From positions 2,592,001 through 2,656,000 of the forward strand of contig OZ255836.1 in NCBI GenBank assembly GCA_965277715.1: 64,000 nt of DNA, written 5' to 3'. The DNA is from Gammaproteobacteria bacterium. Lineage in GTDB: Bacteria; Pseudomonadota; Gammaproteobacteria; JBCCGL01. Shown here piece after piece: positions 13,810 to 22,340 of the stretch. The stretch's first letter is position 1; each line of letters opens with the position of its first letter. The notes beneath the pieces were generated by a model that worked only from the letters and a program-made list of their open reading frames with translations, had not been told where the DNA came from and made no database searches. Made by a program: the position numbers and the translations under genes.

Positions 13810-13939
13810 GCGAGTATAAAGCAAAAAAAACAAGTCACAACAAATACTTAACTTCAAATAACAAAAAATACCAATGAAATTCGGTGCATCTGTAACTTAT
13901 TGATTTTATTGAATTGTTAAAGAGCGTGAAAAAAGAAGG
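13810..13939 (-). promoter_or_regulatory. CRISPR I-F leader with IHF site
   Basis: AT-rich 130 bp adjacent to the 5'-GTTCAC end of the terminal repeat. Minus-strand AATCAAtaagTTA at 13893-13905 fits the IHF consensus WATCAANNNNTTR, with a degenerate second site near 13838-13850. Confidence 0.85.
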
Positions 13940-14083
13940 TCAAAACAAGGGTATTGTTATTGCCTTGCTTAGACTATAGCTGAAAAATACACTTTCTTGC
14001 GGTGTATCGCGCAATACACCATGATCGATACCCATCCTCACCATATTTTCAGTGAATCAACCTCTCATATGGATATAGGGCAA
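13940..14083 (-). pseudogene. cas6f: cas6f (csy4) C-terminal remnant
   Basis: Minus frame reads LPYIHMRG*FTENMVRMGIDHGVLRDTPQESVFFSYSLSKAITIPLF*. This is colinear with the Csy4 C-terminus (LPF..LRS.ST...RLFI.HG........GGF..YGLSK....PWF, recalled from memory). It has an internal TGA at 14057-14059 and sits directly upstream of the leader, as cas6f normally does. Confidence 0.8.
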
Positions 14084-14331
14084 GCGTTTTTTCTGCGCAG
14101 ACCAACCACTTGCCTTACTAACGGTGCAGACGTAGGTCGACACTTTATGGTATGGCAGAGGGTATGCCTGATAGTGATAGTGAGATTGAGTGAACCATCA
14201 TATCGATCACCCTCCCAACTTTGGGTTGGTTAACATATAAGGTAATTTAAGATTATCGACGTTAGTTTATTGAAACTAATACAGCGCCAATTCAGAATTG
14301 ACGGTGTATTAGCTTTAAACCGGAAACCCCT

Positions 14332-17300
14332 ATGTCTGTTTTTGAGTGCAGCCCCCCCGCGCTTTCACCCACCCAGCTTGAAGGCATAGCGGCAACGCAT
14401 TTTAATTTACACGGGACAATCAGCGCACTCGACAGTGAACGCGATCAAAACGCCCGCATTACCACCTGTGCGGGCGATGTGTATACCCTGAAAATTGCCA
14501 ATGCCGGTGAACAGGCCGGGTTGCTCGCGCTGCAGAACGCGGCCATGCAACACATCGCTCAGGTCGACCCGGATTTGGGGGTGCCACATATTGTGCCATC
14601 GCGCACCGGCAATTTAATCGAATCAGCCGATGAAAACGGCGCGACGCACGCGGTGCGCCTGCTCAGTTTTGTGCCGGGGCAATTGTTCTCGACAGTACCC
14701 AAAAGCCTGCCACTACTGCGTAGCCTGGGTGATTTTCTGGGCCGTTTGAGTGTCGCCCTGCAGGGTTTTGCGCACCCGGCAGCACACCGCGATGATTTTT
14801 TGTGGAACCTCGATAACGCCCTGGCCACGCGTGATTATATTGAGGAAATCGATGACAGCACAGACCGGGACAGGGTGCGGGCGGTTTTTAAACGCTACAC
14901 CGCGCAGGTGCAGCCCCGCTTACCCCACCTGCGGGCGGCGGTGATTCACGGTGATGTGAATGACAACAACCTAACCGTGGATGAAGACGATACGCAGTGC
15001 GTTACGGGCATTTTCGATTTTGGCGATATGCTGTGCGCACGGCAAATCAATGAGCTGGCGATTGCCATGGCCTACGCTCTGATGGGCGTGGCGGATATTG
15101 CGGCGGCCAGCCGTGCATTAATCGGTGCCTATACACAGCGGTTTGCGTTGCAGGAAGACGAGCTGGCAGTGTTGTTTGACCTGGTCGAGATGCGCCTGGC
15201 GATGAGTGTGTGCATCTCCTCGCACCGCGCAGCGCAATTCCCGGACAATGAGTATTTGTCGATCAGCCAGGCGCCCGCCCTGGCCCTGTTGCGCACGCTG
15301 TGCGCGATGAACAGTGAGGTGAAAATCTGTATCGCCCGCGCCGCAGCCGGGTTGCCCGCTGTGGCGCACAGCGCGGCAATCGTCACTCACTTGGTGGAGC
15401 AGGGCCAGGCAATGGGGCCGGTTTTTGCCGACGATCTACACACCCGGCCACGTATGCTTATCTCGTTTGCAGAAGGGGCGCCAGGGGCTGAGTACGCCGC
15501 CGATGCAAGGCAATACAGCGCCTGGCTGGACGCAGAGCTTGCAGCCAATGGGGCGGACTACGCGATTGGCCTGTACGCTGAAAACCGCAGTTGTTACAAG
15601 GGCGATCAATTTATCGTCGCGGGCAGCAGTCAGCCGCGCTCGGTACACCTCGGTATCGATATTTTTATCACCGCGCACACCCCCTTGCTGGCACCGTGTG
15701 CCGGGCGTGTTTATAGTATTCAGGACAACGCTCAACCCTACGATTACGGGGCAACGGTTATCCTGCAACATGCGGTAGGGGATACAGACCGGGTGTTTTA
15801 TACCCTCTACGGTCATCTCTCGCAAAAAACCCTGTCACTGCTGCGCGAGGGGGATGAGGTGGAGATGGGCGATGTGATCGGATTTATCGGTGAATCGCAT
15901 GAAAATGGGGGCTGGGCGCCACACCTGCACTTTCAGGTTATGACTACCATGCTTGGTTTAAAGGGCAATTTCAACGGCGCCGCCGAGCCGGACCGCATGG
16001 ATATCTGGTCACAGATTTGCCCAGACCCCAATAGCATATTGGGGTTTCCAGCCGCTGCCTTTTCACTCGCCAGTGATCAAACCGATGCTCTGCGCGCCCG
16101 TCGTGACAAGTGGCTGGGGCCATCGTTGAGCCTTTCCTACCAGAAAAAACTGCACATCACGCAGGGCCGTGGCGCGTGGTTGTTTGATGCGCGTGGCCGT
16201 GCCTACCTCGATTGTGTGAATAACATCTGCCACGTGGGGCACTGCCATCCGCATGTCGTCGAGGCGCTCTCGGCGCAGGCGCGCACGCTCAACACCAACA
16301 CCCGTTATCTACACGCCACTATCCTCGATTACGCCGAGCGGCTGGCGGCGACCCTGCCGGACCCGCTGTCGGTGGTGTACTTCGTCAACTCCGGTTCAGA
16401 GGCAAATGAGCTGGCACTGCGTCTGGCACGGCAGGCGACCGGGCGTCAGGCAACCATTGTCCTCGACTGGGCGTACCACGGTAATACCGCCGGGCTGGTC
16501 GGTCTCAGTCCGTATAAGTTTGCCCGTAAAGGCGGCGCGGGTGCCGGGCCACACACGTATGTGGCGGCACTGCCAGATCCGTTTCGCGGTCAGTACAAAG
16601 GTTACGGGGATGATGCAGCGCGGGCCTATGCCGATTCGGTGGCTGAACGCATCGACGATATACAGAAAAAAACCGGCGGCGGCCCGGCGGCGTTTATCGC
16701 CGAGGCGATTTCCGGTTGTGGTGGTCAGGTGGTGTTCCCGGATAACTATTTCCAGCACGCTTTTGCGCAGGTGCGGGCGGCGGGCGGCCTGTGTATTGTC
16801 GATGAGGTACAAACGGGGTTTGGCCGCGTTGGTGATGCCATGTGGGCGTTCGAATTGCAGGGTGTCGTGCCGGATATCGTCACTTTGGGCAAGCCCATTG
16901 GCAATGGCCATCCGCTGGCCGCTGTTGTCACCACGGCAGAGATTGCACAGGCGTTTAACAATGGTATGGAGTTTTTTAATTCATTTGGTGGTAATCCGGT
17001 TTCCTGTGCGGTGGGGATGGCGGTGCTGGATGTGATCGAGCAGGAAAAATTGCAGGAAAATGCCAAGAGCCGGTTTCACCAGTTGATTCAAAAACTGCGT
17101 CAGTTGCAACAAAAAAATCCGCTGATTGCGGATATTCGTGGGCGTGGTTTGTTTTTGGGTATCGAGTTGGTGGATGATTTGGTAACACTGCAACCGGCGG
17201 GTGTTGCCGCCTCGCAGGTGGTCAATACACTGCGTGAAAATGGGGTGTTATTGTCTACTGATGGGCCGTTTGATAATGTGTTGAAGTTTAAGCCACCGAT

Positions 17301-17379
17301 GGTGTTTGGTGAGTCTGAGCTGGTGTTTTTTGTCGCGCAGTTGGAGAGTGCTTTTATGCAGCTAGTGCATCGCGAGTGA
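14332..17379 (+). CDS. Fusion: APH-like phosphotransferase (hydroxylysine kinase-like) + M23 peptidase-like domain + class III PLP aminotransferase/phospho-lyase
   Basis: HGDVNDNN and DFGD kinase motifs; HLGID and HLHFQ M23 motifs; [16 protein letters not shown] and LGKPIGNG (PLP lysine). Confidence 0.85.
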   Translation: MSVFECSPPALSPTQLEGIAATHFNLHGTISALDSERDQNARITTCAGDVYTLKIANAGEQAGLLALQNAAMQHIAQVDPDLGVPHIVPSRTGNLIESADENGATHAVRLLSFVPGQLFSTVPKSLPLLRSLGDFLGRLSVALQGFAHPAAHRDDFLWNLDNALATRDYIEEIDDSTDRDRVRAVFKRYTAQVQPRLPHLRAAVIHGDVNDNNLTVDEDDTQCVTGIFDFGDMLCARQINELAIAMAYALMGVADIAAASRALIGAYTQRFALQEDELAVLFDLVEMRLAMSVCISSHRAAQFPDNEYLSISQAPALALLRTLCAMNSEVKICIARAAAGLPAVAHSAAIVTHLVEQGQAMGPVFADDLHTRPRMLISFAEGAPGAEYAADARQYSAWLDAELAANGADYAIGLYAENRSCYKGDQFIVAGSSQPRSVHLGIDIFITAHTPLLAPCAGRVYSIQDNAQPYDYGATVILQHAVGDTDRVFYTLYGHLSQKTLSLLREGDEVEMGDVIGFIGESHENGGWAPHLHFQVMTTMLGLKGNFNGAAEPDRMDIWSQICPDPNSILGFPAAAFSLASDQTDALRARRDKWLGPSLSLSYQKKLHITQGRGAWLFDARGRAYLDCVNNICHVGHCHPHVVEALSAQARTLNTNTRYLHATILDYAERLAATLPDPLSVVYFVNSGSEANELALRLARQATGRQATIVLDWAYHGNTAGLVGLSPYKFARKGGAGAGPHTYVAALPDPFRGQYKGYGDDAARAYADSVAERIDDIQKKTGGGPAAFIAEAISGCGGQVVFPDNYFQHAFAQVRAAGGLCIVDEVQTGFGRVGDAMWAFELQGVVPDIVTLGKPIGNGHPLAAVVTTAEIAQAFNNGMEFFNSFGGNPVSCAVGMAVLDVIEQEKLQENAKSRFHQLIQKLRQLQQKNPLIADIRGRGLFLGIELVDDLVTLQPAGVAASQVVNTLRENGVLLSTDGPFDNVLKFKPPMVFGESELVFFVAQLESAFMQLVHRE

Positions 17380-17430
17380 AGCCCCAATAACACACCCAAC
17401 ACTGAATATTCCCCATACACAACACCCCTT

Positions 17431-18105
17431 TCACATCAACTCATCCTTACGATCATGCGTTTCACCATAGCGGTGCAGAGCAGGCGCTTTAAGCCCATCG
17501 TACAAAGACTCAATATGCTGATTTACCTGTTCCCCCTGTTCGGCAAACAGTGAATTCCCATACAAATCACTGTCGACCAGAAACGGGCCAAAATCTTTAA
17601 CACGAAACAACCACATCGCCTGGGCAATACCCAGCTCGTCTAACCAATGCACCGCTTCGACACCCTGCACACCCCGCCCGAGCAATGCCCCAGTACCATA
17701 ACCTACAGTCGTTAGGTAGATAGCGCCACGCGGCGCCAGGATGTGTTGGTAATCCGCCACTGGCATACCCCCCTTGCCAATGATTATTTTGGTGTTGGTC
17801 AGGTCCAGCCAATCGGCCAGGTATTTGGAGAAACGAAAGCTGGCTGTCGCGGTGACACCACCGATATGGTACTGGTCATTACCCTGTGGTGCCGCTGCCG
17901 GTGAACAGTGAAAGTTGACGTTGCTGAGGTCGGTCAGCCCTTCGGGTAACTGGCCACCGTGGGTCAGTACCCTATCGTAAACCCCCTCTCTGGCCGTGTA
18001 GACAATGCCATTGAGGTAGACGATGGTGCCAGGGGTCAGTGAGGCAATCGCCTCTGATGTTACTGGCAGGTCGATGCTGACTTGTTTTAACGGTTTATTC
18101 GCCAT
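17431..18105 (-). CDS. Fe-S hydro-lyase beta subunit (class I fumarase/tartrate dehydratase C-terminal type)
   Basis: LNGIVYTARE, IIGKGGM and FGPFLV motifs. Start placed at the ATG (MANKP) overlapping the stop of the alpha subunit. Confidence 0.85.
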   Translation of the reverse strand: MANKPLKQVSIDLPVTSEAIASLTPGTIVYLNGIVYTAREGVYDRVLTHGGQLPEGLTDLSNVNFHCSPAAAPQGNDQYHIGGVTATASFRFSKYLADWLDLTNTKIIIGKGGMPVADYQHILAPRGAIYLTTVGYGTGALLGRGVQGVEAVHWLDELGIAQAMWLFRVKDFGPFLVDSDLYGNSLFAEQGEQVNQHIESLYDGLKAPALHRYGETHDRKDELM

Positions 18106-19096
18106 GCGCCGGGCCTGGTTGTGGTGTGGGTTGTATTGGGGATCGCATTGCGGGTTGCCCGGCGGGCCAATCGATGGTTTCGCGCCGGTGGTAGGGGGTG
18201 AACCACTGCGGATCTGTGCGGTATTCAATCGTATCATCGGCGTGGATGCGGGCGGTGGCGCGCCGCGATGACAGGCAGAATGTGTGCACGCTAATAGGCA
18301 TGCCGCCCGTGTGGGTGTGGCCGACTTCGATGTGCAGGTCGACCACCATTGAAGAGCCGACAAACCCCATCGGCCCCATGCCAATACTGTTGCCCACGTC
18401 TTTTAGTTCCTGTTCGAGTGCGGCGATTTTGGGGTCTGGGTTGCGATCGCCGACGACGCGCAGGCAGGCCGCCTGCTTGCCCAGTTGCATACAGGTGTCT
18501 TTGGAACCACCGAGGCCGACGCCGACAATCGCCGGTTGGCAGCACAGCCCGCGCTTGCCAAATGAAATCAGCGTGTCGAGCAGGAAGCGCTTGATGCCGT
18601 CGATACCATCACCCGGAAATAACATGCGGTAGTCGGTGCCAAACAGCCCGCCCTTGTGTACGGTGGTGATGTCGATCCAGTCGGCATCCGGCTCAAAACT
18701 CCATTCAACTTCCGGGGCGTTGATGCCCACGTTGTTGTTGTTTTCTGTGCGCCACAGCGGGTGTACCCGGTTTGGCCTGAGCGGTACGTCGTGGGTGGCG
18801 CGGGCAGTGGCCGAGCGCATCGCCCGCTCTATGCCGGTAAAGCCACCCTGAAAGCGGGCGTTGTCACCAACCTTGACGTAGTACCTCGGCAGGCCCGTGT
18901 CAGCGCACATCGGGCGCCGGTCTTCGGTGGCGATTTCGTAGTTTTTGATCATGGTTTTAATCACGAAACCGGAGAGCTGTTCAGACTCCTGCTCCGCAAC
19001 CAATTTGATACCGTCCAGGTAGTCATTGGGTATGTCGATGGCGGCCTGGCGCATTATTTCGTAGCTGGCGCGTTCGATGGTGTCGTTTAAGATCAT
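18095..19096 (-). CDS. Fe-S hydro-lyase alpha subunit (class I fumarase/tartrate dehydratase N-terminal type)
   Basis: PMCADTG, PLRPN, CCQPAIVGVGLGG and GPMG motifs, with conserved Fe-S cysteines. Confidence 0.85.
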   Translation of the reverse strand: MILNDTIERASYEIMRQAAIDIPNDYLDGIKLVAEQESEQLSGFVIKTMIKNYEIATEDRRPMCADTGLPRYYVKVGDNARFQGGFTGIERAMRSATARATHDVPLRPNRVHPLWRTENNNNVGINAPEVEWSFEPDADWIDITTVHKGGLFGTDYRMLFPGDGIDGIKRFLLDTLISFGKRGLCCQPAIVGVGLGGSKDTCMQLGKQAACLRVVGDRNPDPKIAALEQELKDVGNSIGMGPMGFVGSSMVVDLHIEVGHTHTGGMPISVHTFCLSSRRATARIHADDTIEYRTDPQWFTPYHRRETIDWPAGQPAMRSPIQPTPQPGPAHGE

Positions 19097-19115
19097 GTTT
19101 ATTTCCCCGGTGCGC

Positions 19116-20897
19116 TTATGCCTGCTGTGTCGGCGGTGGCGCACCCGCCTCATCGTCGATTAAAGATTCACCCGGCTGCACAATCGAGAAGTCGACGGGC
19201 ACCATATTTTGTACCAGCCGTTGGTCGATACATTGTGTCTGCGTGTAGGTGGTGGTCGCCAGTTCGCCTGTCTCCGGGAAGTCTTGCCGAAAGTGGGCGC
19301 CGCGTGAGTCCTGCCGGGCCAGTGAGGCGGTGGCGATAACATCGCTAACGGTTAACAGGCTGTCGATATTCAGCCAGTCGTGCCAGGTCAGGTTGAATGA
19401 TCTATCCCCATCGGCCAGCCCCAGTTGCATTAGATCGGCCCGGCTCCGGGTGATTTTTTGCTGGCCCGCCGCTATGCCCTGCGCGGTGCGAACGATACCG
19501 ACGTGCTCCCACATATCCGTCCACAGGGTTTCGCGCAGCGCCATCAGGTCACCCTGTGTGGATTTGCCGGTGCAGTGGCTAAAGGGGTGTTCGGCGCGGG
19601 TGATACCGGCATCCAGTGTGTGTTTGTCTGGATCACGCAGGGGCGCACCAGCGGCAATCGCCGCCGCCATTTCGCTGCCGGCGACACCGCCGTAGACGGT
19701 GGAGTTGGCGACGCCATTACCACCGAGACGGTTGGCGCCGTGTACACCGCCCGCGTCTTCCCCGGCGACGTACAGGCCGGGGGCGCTTGTCGAGCAGTCG
19801 ATACCCACTTCGATACCGCCCATCATATAGTGGGCTGTGGGCACGACTTCGACACGGCCACCCGCCAGGTCAAAGCCGCAGTCTTCGCAGCGTTTCACCA
19901 TGCCGGGGAATTTATTCCTCACCTGCTCCGGGCCTAGATGGGCCATTTCGATATACAGCCCCCCCTGCGGTGTCGAGCGGCCCTCGCGGATTTCGTTGTA
20001 CATGCTCCGCGAGACGATATCCCGCGTAGCGCGCTCGGCGGCGGCGTGGTAGTTGCCCATAAAGCGCTCGCCATTGCCGTTGAGCAAGTAGCCGCCCGCA
20101 CCGCGCAGGCCCTCTTCCAAAATGGTGCCGGTCATGCGGGTGCTATTACCGGCGAGGATGCCAGTGGGGTGAAACTGCACCATTTCCATATCGCGCAGGC
20201 GCAGGCCATAGCGCAGCGCCATCGCCAGGCCGTCGCAGGTTTTATCCCCGGAGGGGGTGTGGTAGCGGTACATCGAGGGGCCTGCCCCGGTGGCCAGTAA
20301 TACTGTGCGGGCCTGTACAAAGCGGTATTGCCCACTGCGTATATCGATCATCAGCACCCCGGCGATACCTGAGCCATCGGCGGCGGGCACCAGTTCGATG
20401 GCGCGGTGTTCTTCCAGCTTGTCAATGTTGAGTGACCAGACTTTTTCCATCAGGCGGTTGATGATTTCAATGCCGGTCAGGTCGCCTTTGTGCGCGGTTC
20501 TGTCAAAGCTCTGCCCGGCGAAGGCTTTTTGGTGCAGGCTGCCATCCGGGTTGCGGTCGAAAAAGCACCCGAGTTCGTTTTCCAGTTCACGGATACGTTC
20601 GATAGCGGTTTCGCACAGCTTCCAGGCGAGGTCCTGGCGCGGCAGCCATTTGCCACCAACAATCGTATCCATAAAATGGCGCTCTACGGAATCACCGGGA
20701 TTCAACGCCACGTTATACCCTCCCTGTACCATGCGCGTGCAGCCAGATTTGCCTAACAGCCCTTTAATCGCGAGGGTAATATCCAGATTCGGGTTGGCCT
20801 GTTTGGCGTGCAGCGCGGCAAATAGCCCGGCACCGCCCGACCCCAGAATCAATATATCGGTTTTGTGGTGTTGCAGTGTACGGCTATAGGAGGACAC
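19116..20897 (-). CDS. SdhA/FrdA/NadB-family flavoprotein
   Basis: GSGGAG, LLATG, QFHPT, RDIVSR, HYMMGG, HGANRLGGN and SRGAHFR motifs. Confidence 0.9.
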   Translation of the reverse strand: MSSYSRTLQHHKTDILILGSGGAGLFAALHAKQANPNLDITLAIKGLLGKSGCTRMVQGGYNVALNPGDSVERHFMDTIVGGKWLPRQDLAWKLCETAIERIRELENELGCFFDRNPDGSLHQKAFAGQSFDRTAHKGDLTGIEIINRLMEKVWSLNIDKLEEHRAIELVPAADGSGIAGVLMIDIRSGQYRFVQARTVLLATGAGPSMYRYHTPSGDKTCDGLAMALRYGLRLRDMEMVQFHPTGILAGNSTRMTGTILEEGLRGAGGYLLNGNGERFMGNYHAAAERATRDIVSRSMYNEIREGRSTPQGGLYIEMAHLGPEQVRNKFPGMVKRCEDCGFDLAGGRVEVVPTAHYMMGGIEVGIDCSTSAPGLYVAGEDAGGVHGANRLGGNGVANSTVYGGVAGSEMAAAIAAGAPLRDPDKHTLDAGITRAEHPFSHCTGKSTQGDLMALRETLWTDMWEHVGIVRTAQGIAAGQQKITRSRADLMQLGLADGDRSFNLTWHDWLNIDSLLTVSDVIATASLARQDSRGAHFRQDFPETGELATTTYTQTQCIDQRLVQNMVPVDFSIVQPGESLIDDEAGAPPPTQQA

Positions 20898-20899
20898 GG

Positions 20900-21247
20900 T
20901 TAAAGCACCTGAAGCAGAAATACAAGGCCCACCAATACGGCGGCGATACCGCAGGGCACGACCCAGGCGGCGAAGCGGTTAACCTGGCCTGGCCAGCGGG
21001 TAAATTCGAGCATTAATACACGCAGGCCAAAAAACAGGTGCACCGCGAGTAACATCACCAGCCCCCACTCGGCCACTTTCACCAGGGGTAAATCGGTATA
21101 CACCAAAAACCGATCCAGCCCCCGGGCGCCGTTAAAGGCACTGCCAAGCAGTAAAAAGTGAAACGGTAAAAAGACCGCCAGCGCTAAGCCTGAGAGGCGA
21201 TGACCTATCGAGGCGAGGTAGCTTCTATGGTTTCTGAGTGGCTGCAT
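20900..21247 (-). CDS. Succinate dehydrogenase cytochrome b (SdhC-like) anchor
   Basis: HRLSG and HLFFGLR motifs, three hydrophobic helices, operon context. Confidence 0.8.
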   Translation of the reverse strand: MQPLRNHRSYLASIGHRLSGLALAVFLPFHFLLLGSAFNGARGLDRFLVYTDLPLVKVAEWGLVMLLAVHLFFGLRVLMLEFTRWPGQVNRFAAWVVPCGIAAVLVGLVFLLQVL

Positions 21248-21279
21248 GGCAGGTGTTTGTCGGTGGGCGGAAGCGGCGG

Positions 21280-21603
21280 CTAGAGGATGGCGGCCACAGC
21301 CCGCAACCCCAGAGTTAGCAATAAACAGGCGAAGAGCAGGGCGAGGATGTTGCTGGAGGGTGTGGATAGCCTTGTCCACTCGCGCAGGATATTCCTCATG
21401 CCGATGGGGGCGTGGATGGCCGCCAGGACGACAAACAGCCCATAAAATCCCCCCCAGGCAAGGCTACCCTGGGTGCGCGCCAGGATTTCTGCACCGCTCA
21501 ATCCGTTGCGCACCGCAAATAGAATTAGGCCCAGGTGCACCAAAACCAGCGGCCCTAGCAGCATGGCTGAAATGCGTTGGGCGATAAACAGGTGGCGTTC
21601 CAC
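21280..21603 (-). CDS. Succinate dehydrogenase hydrophobic anchor (SdhD-like)
   Basis: QRISA and HAPIGMR motifs. GTG start inferred just after the Fe-S subunit stop. Confidence 0.75.
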   Translation of the reverse strand: MERHLFIAQRISAMLLGPLVLVHLGLILFAVRNGLSGAEILARTQGSLAWGGFYGLFVVLAAIHAPIGMRNILREWTRLSTPSSNILALLFACLLLTLGLRAVAAIL

Positions 21604-21608
21604 GGTAT

Positions 21609-22340
21609 TTATTGCCCCTTGGGAATGCCGGAGAATGCCAGGCGCTTTAGCCCGGCGATGCTTTCTGAGGGCGCCAGGCCAATCGGGCAATGCCGCGTAC
21701 AATTGCCCTGGCTGTGGCAATTGCTGCAACCGCCATCGCCGAAGGCTTTATCGAAGCTTGCCTGCCGCTCGCCGTGGCGCACGTCGTTGACCAGTGTCCA
21801 GGCGCGGTTTAGGCCCGCCGGGCCGATGTAATCCCGGCGCCAGTTGACGACATCGCAGGCGCTGTAACACACGGCGCAGTTGATACACTGTAGCCCCGCG
21901 TCGGCGGCCTGACGGGCGCTGGAGGCGGGGTCCACCGTCGCGGGTGGGTCGTGGCGGGTGCGGGTGCCGACGAACGGTGCGCCCGCCCGCTGCCAGGTGT
22001 CGATAAACGGCGCCATATCACACACCAGGTCTTTAATCCGGGGCAAATTGCGCAGTGGCTCAAGGGTCAGTACACCTTCGCTGGCGACTTTGTTGACGTG
22101 GGTGCGGCACGTCCAGCGGGGGCGGCCATTGACCATCATCGCGCAAGACCCACAAACGCCGACACGGCAGGCAAAGCGGTAGGCCAGGCTGGGGGCGTGC
22201 AGGCGCTGCACTTCGGTGACGATATCCAGCACCGTTTGGTTTTCTCTGGCGGGCACGTGGTAAGTCACCAGCTCGCCGGTCTCTTTGCCGCGCCAGATGC
22301 GGACGGTCAATTGTTGTGCGGTGTCTTCTACCTTGCTCAC
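21609..22340 (-). CDS. SdhB/FrdB-like iron-sulfur subunit
   Basis: CRVGVCGSC, CINCAVCYSAC and CHSQGNCTRHCP cluster motifs. Confidence 0.9.
   Translation of the reverse strand: MSKVEDTAQQLTVRIWRGKETGELVTYHVPARENQTVLDIVTEVQRLHAPSLAYRFACRVGVCGSCAMMVNGRPRWTCRTHVNKVASEGVLTLEPLRNLPRIKDLVCDMAPFIDTWQRAGAPFVGTRTRHDPPATVDPASSARQAADAGLQCINCAVCYSACDVVNWRRDYIGPAGLNRAWTLVNDVRHGERQASFDKAFGDGGCSNCHSQGNCTRHCPIGLAPSESIAGLKRLAFSGIPKGQ

Noticed and set aside
14-13877. Dozens of ORFs with FLSCLCGSE / VHCRTGSLE / SLPHRQLR repeats
   Set aside because: These are translations of the CRISPR repeats and spacers, not genes.
13997-14233. 78-aa plus-strand ORF next to the leader as a possible cas or anti-CRISPR gene
   Set aside because: No motif; it is the antisense shadow of the cas6f remnant.
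14084-14331. Extension of the cas6f remnant further upstream
   Set aside because: I could not align any frame convincingly by eye, so only the last 47 codons are claimed.
19116-22340. Calling these genes sdhABCD or nadB
   Set aside because: The covalent-FAD histidine is missing and gene order and context are atypical, so symbols were withheld.
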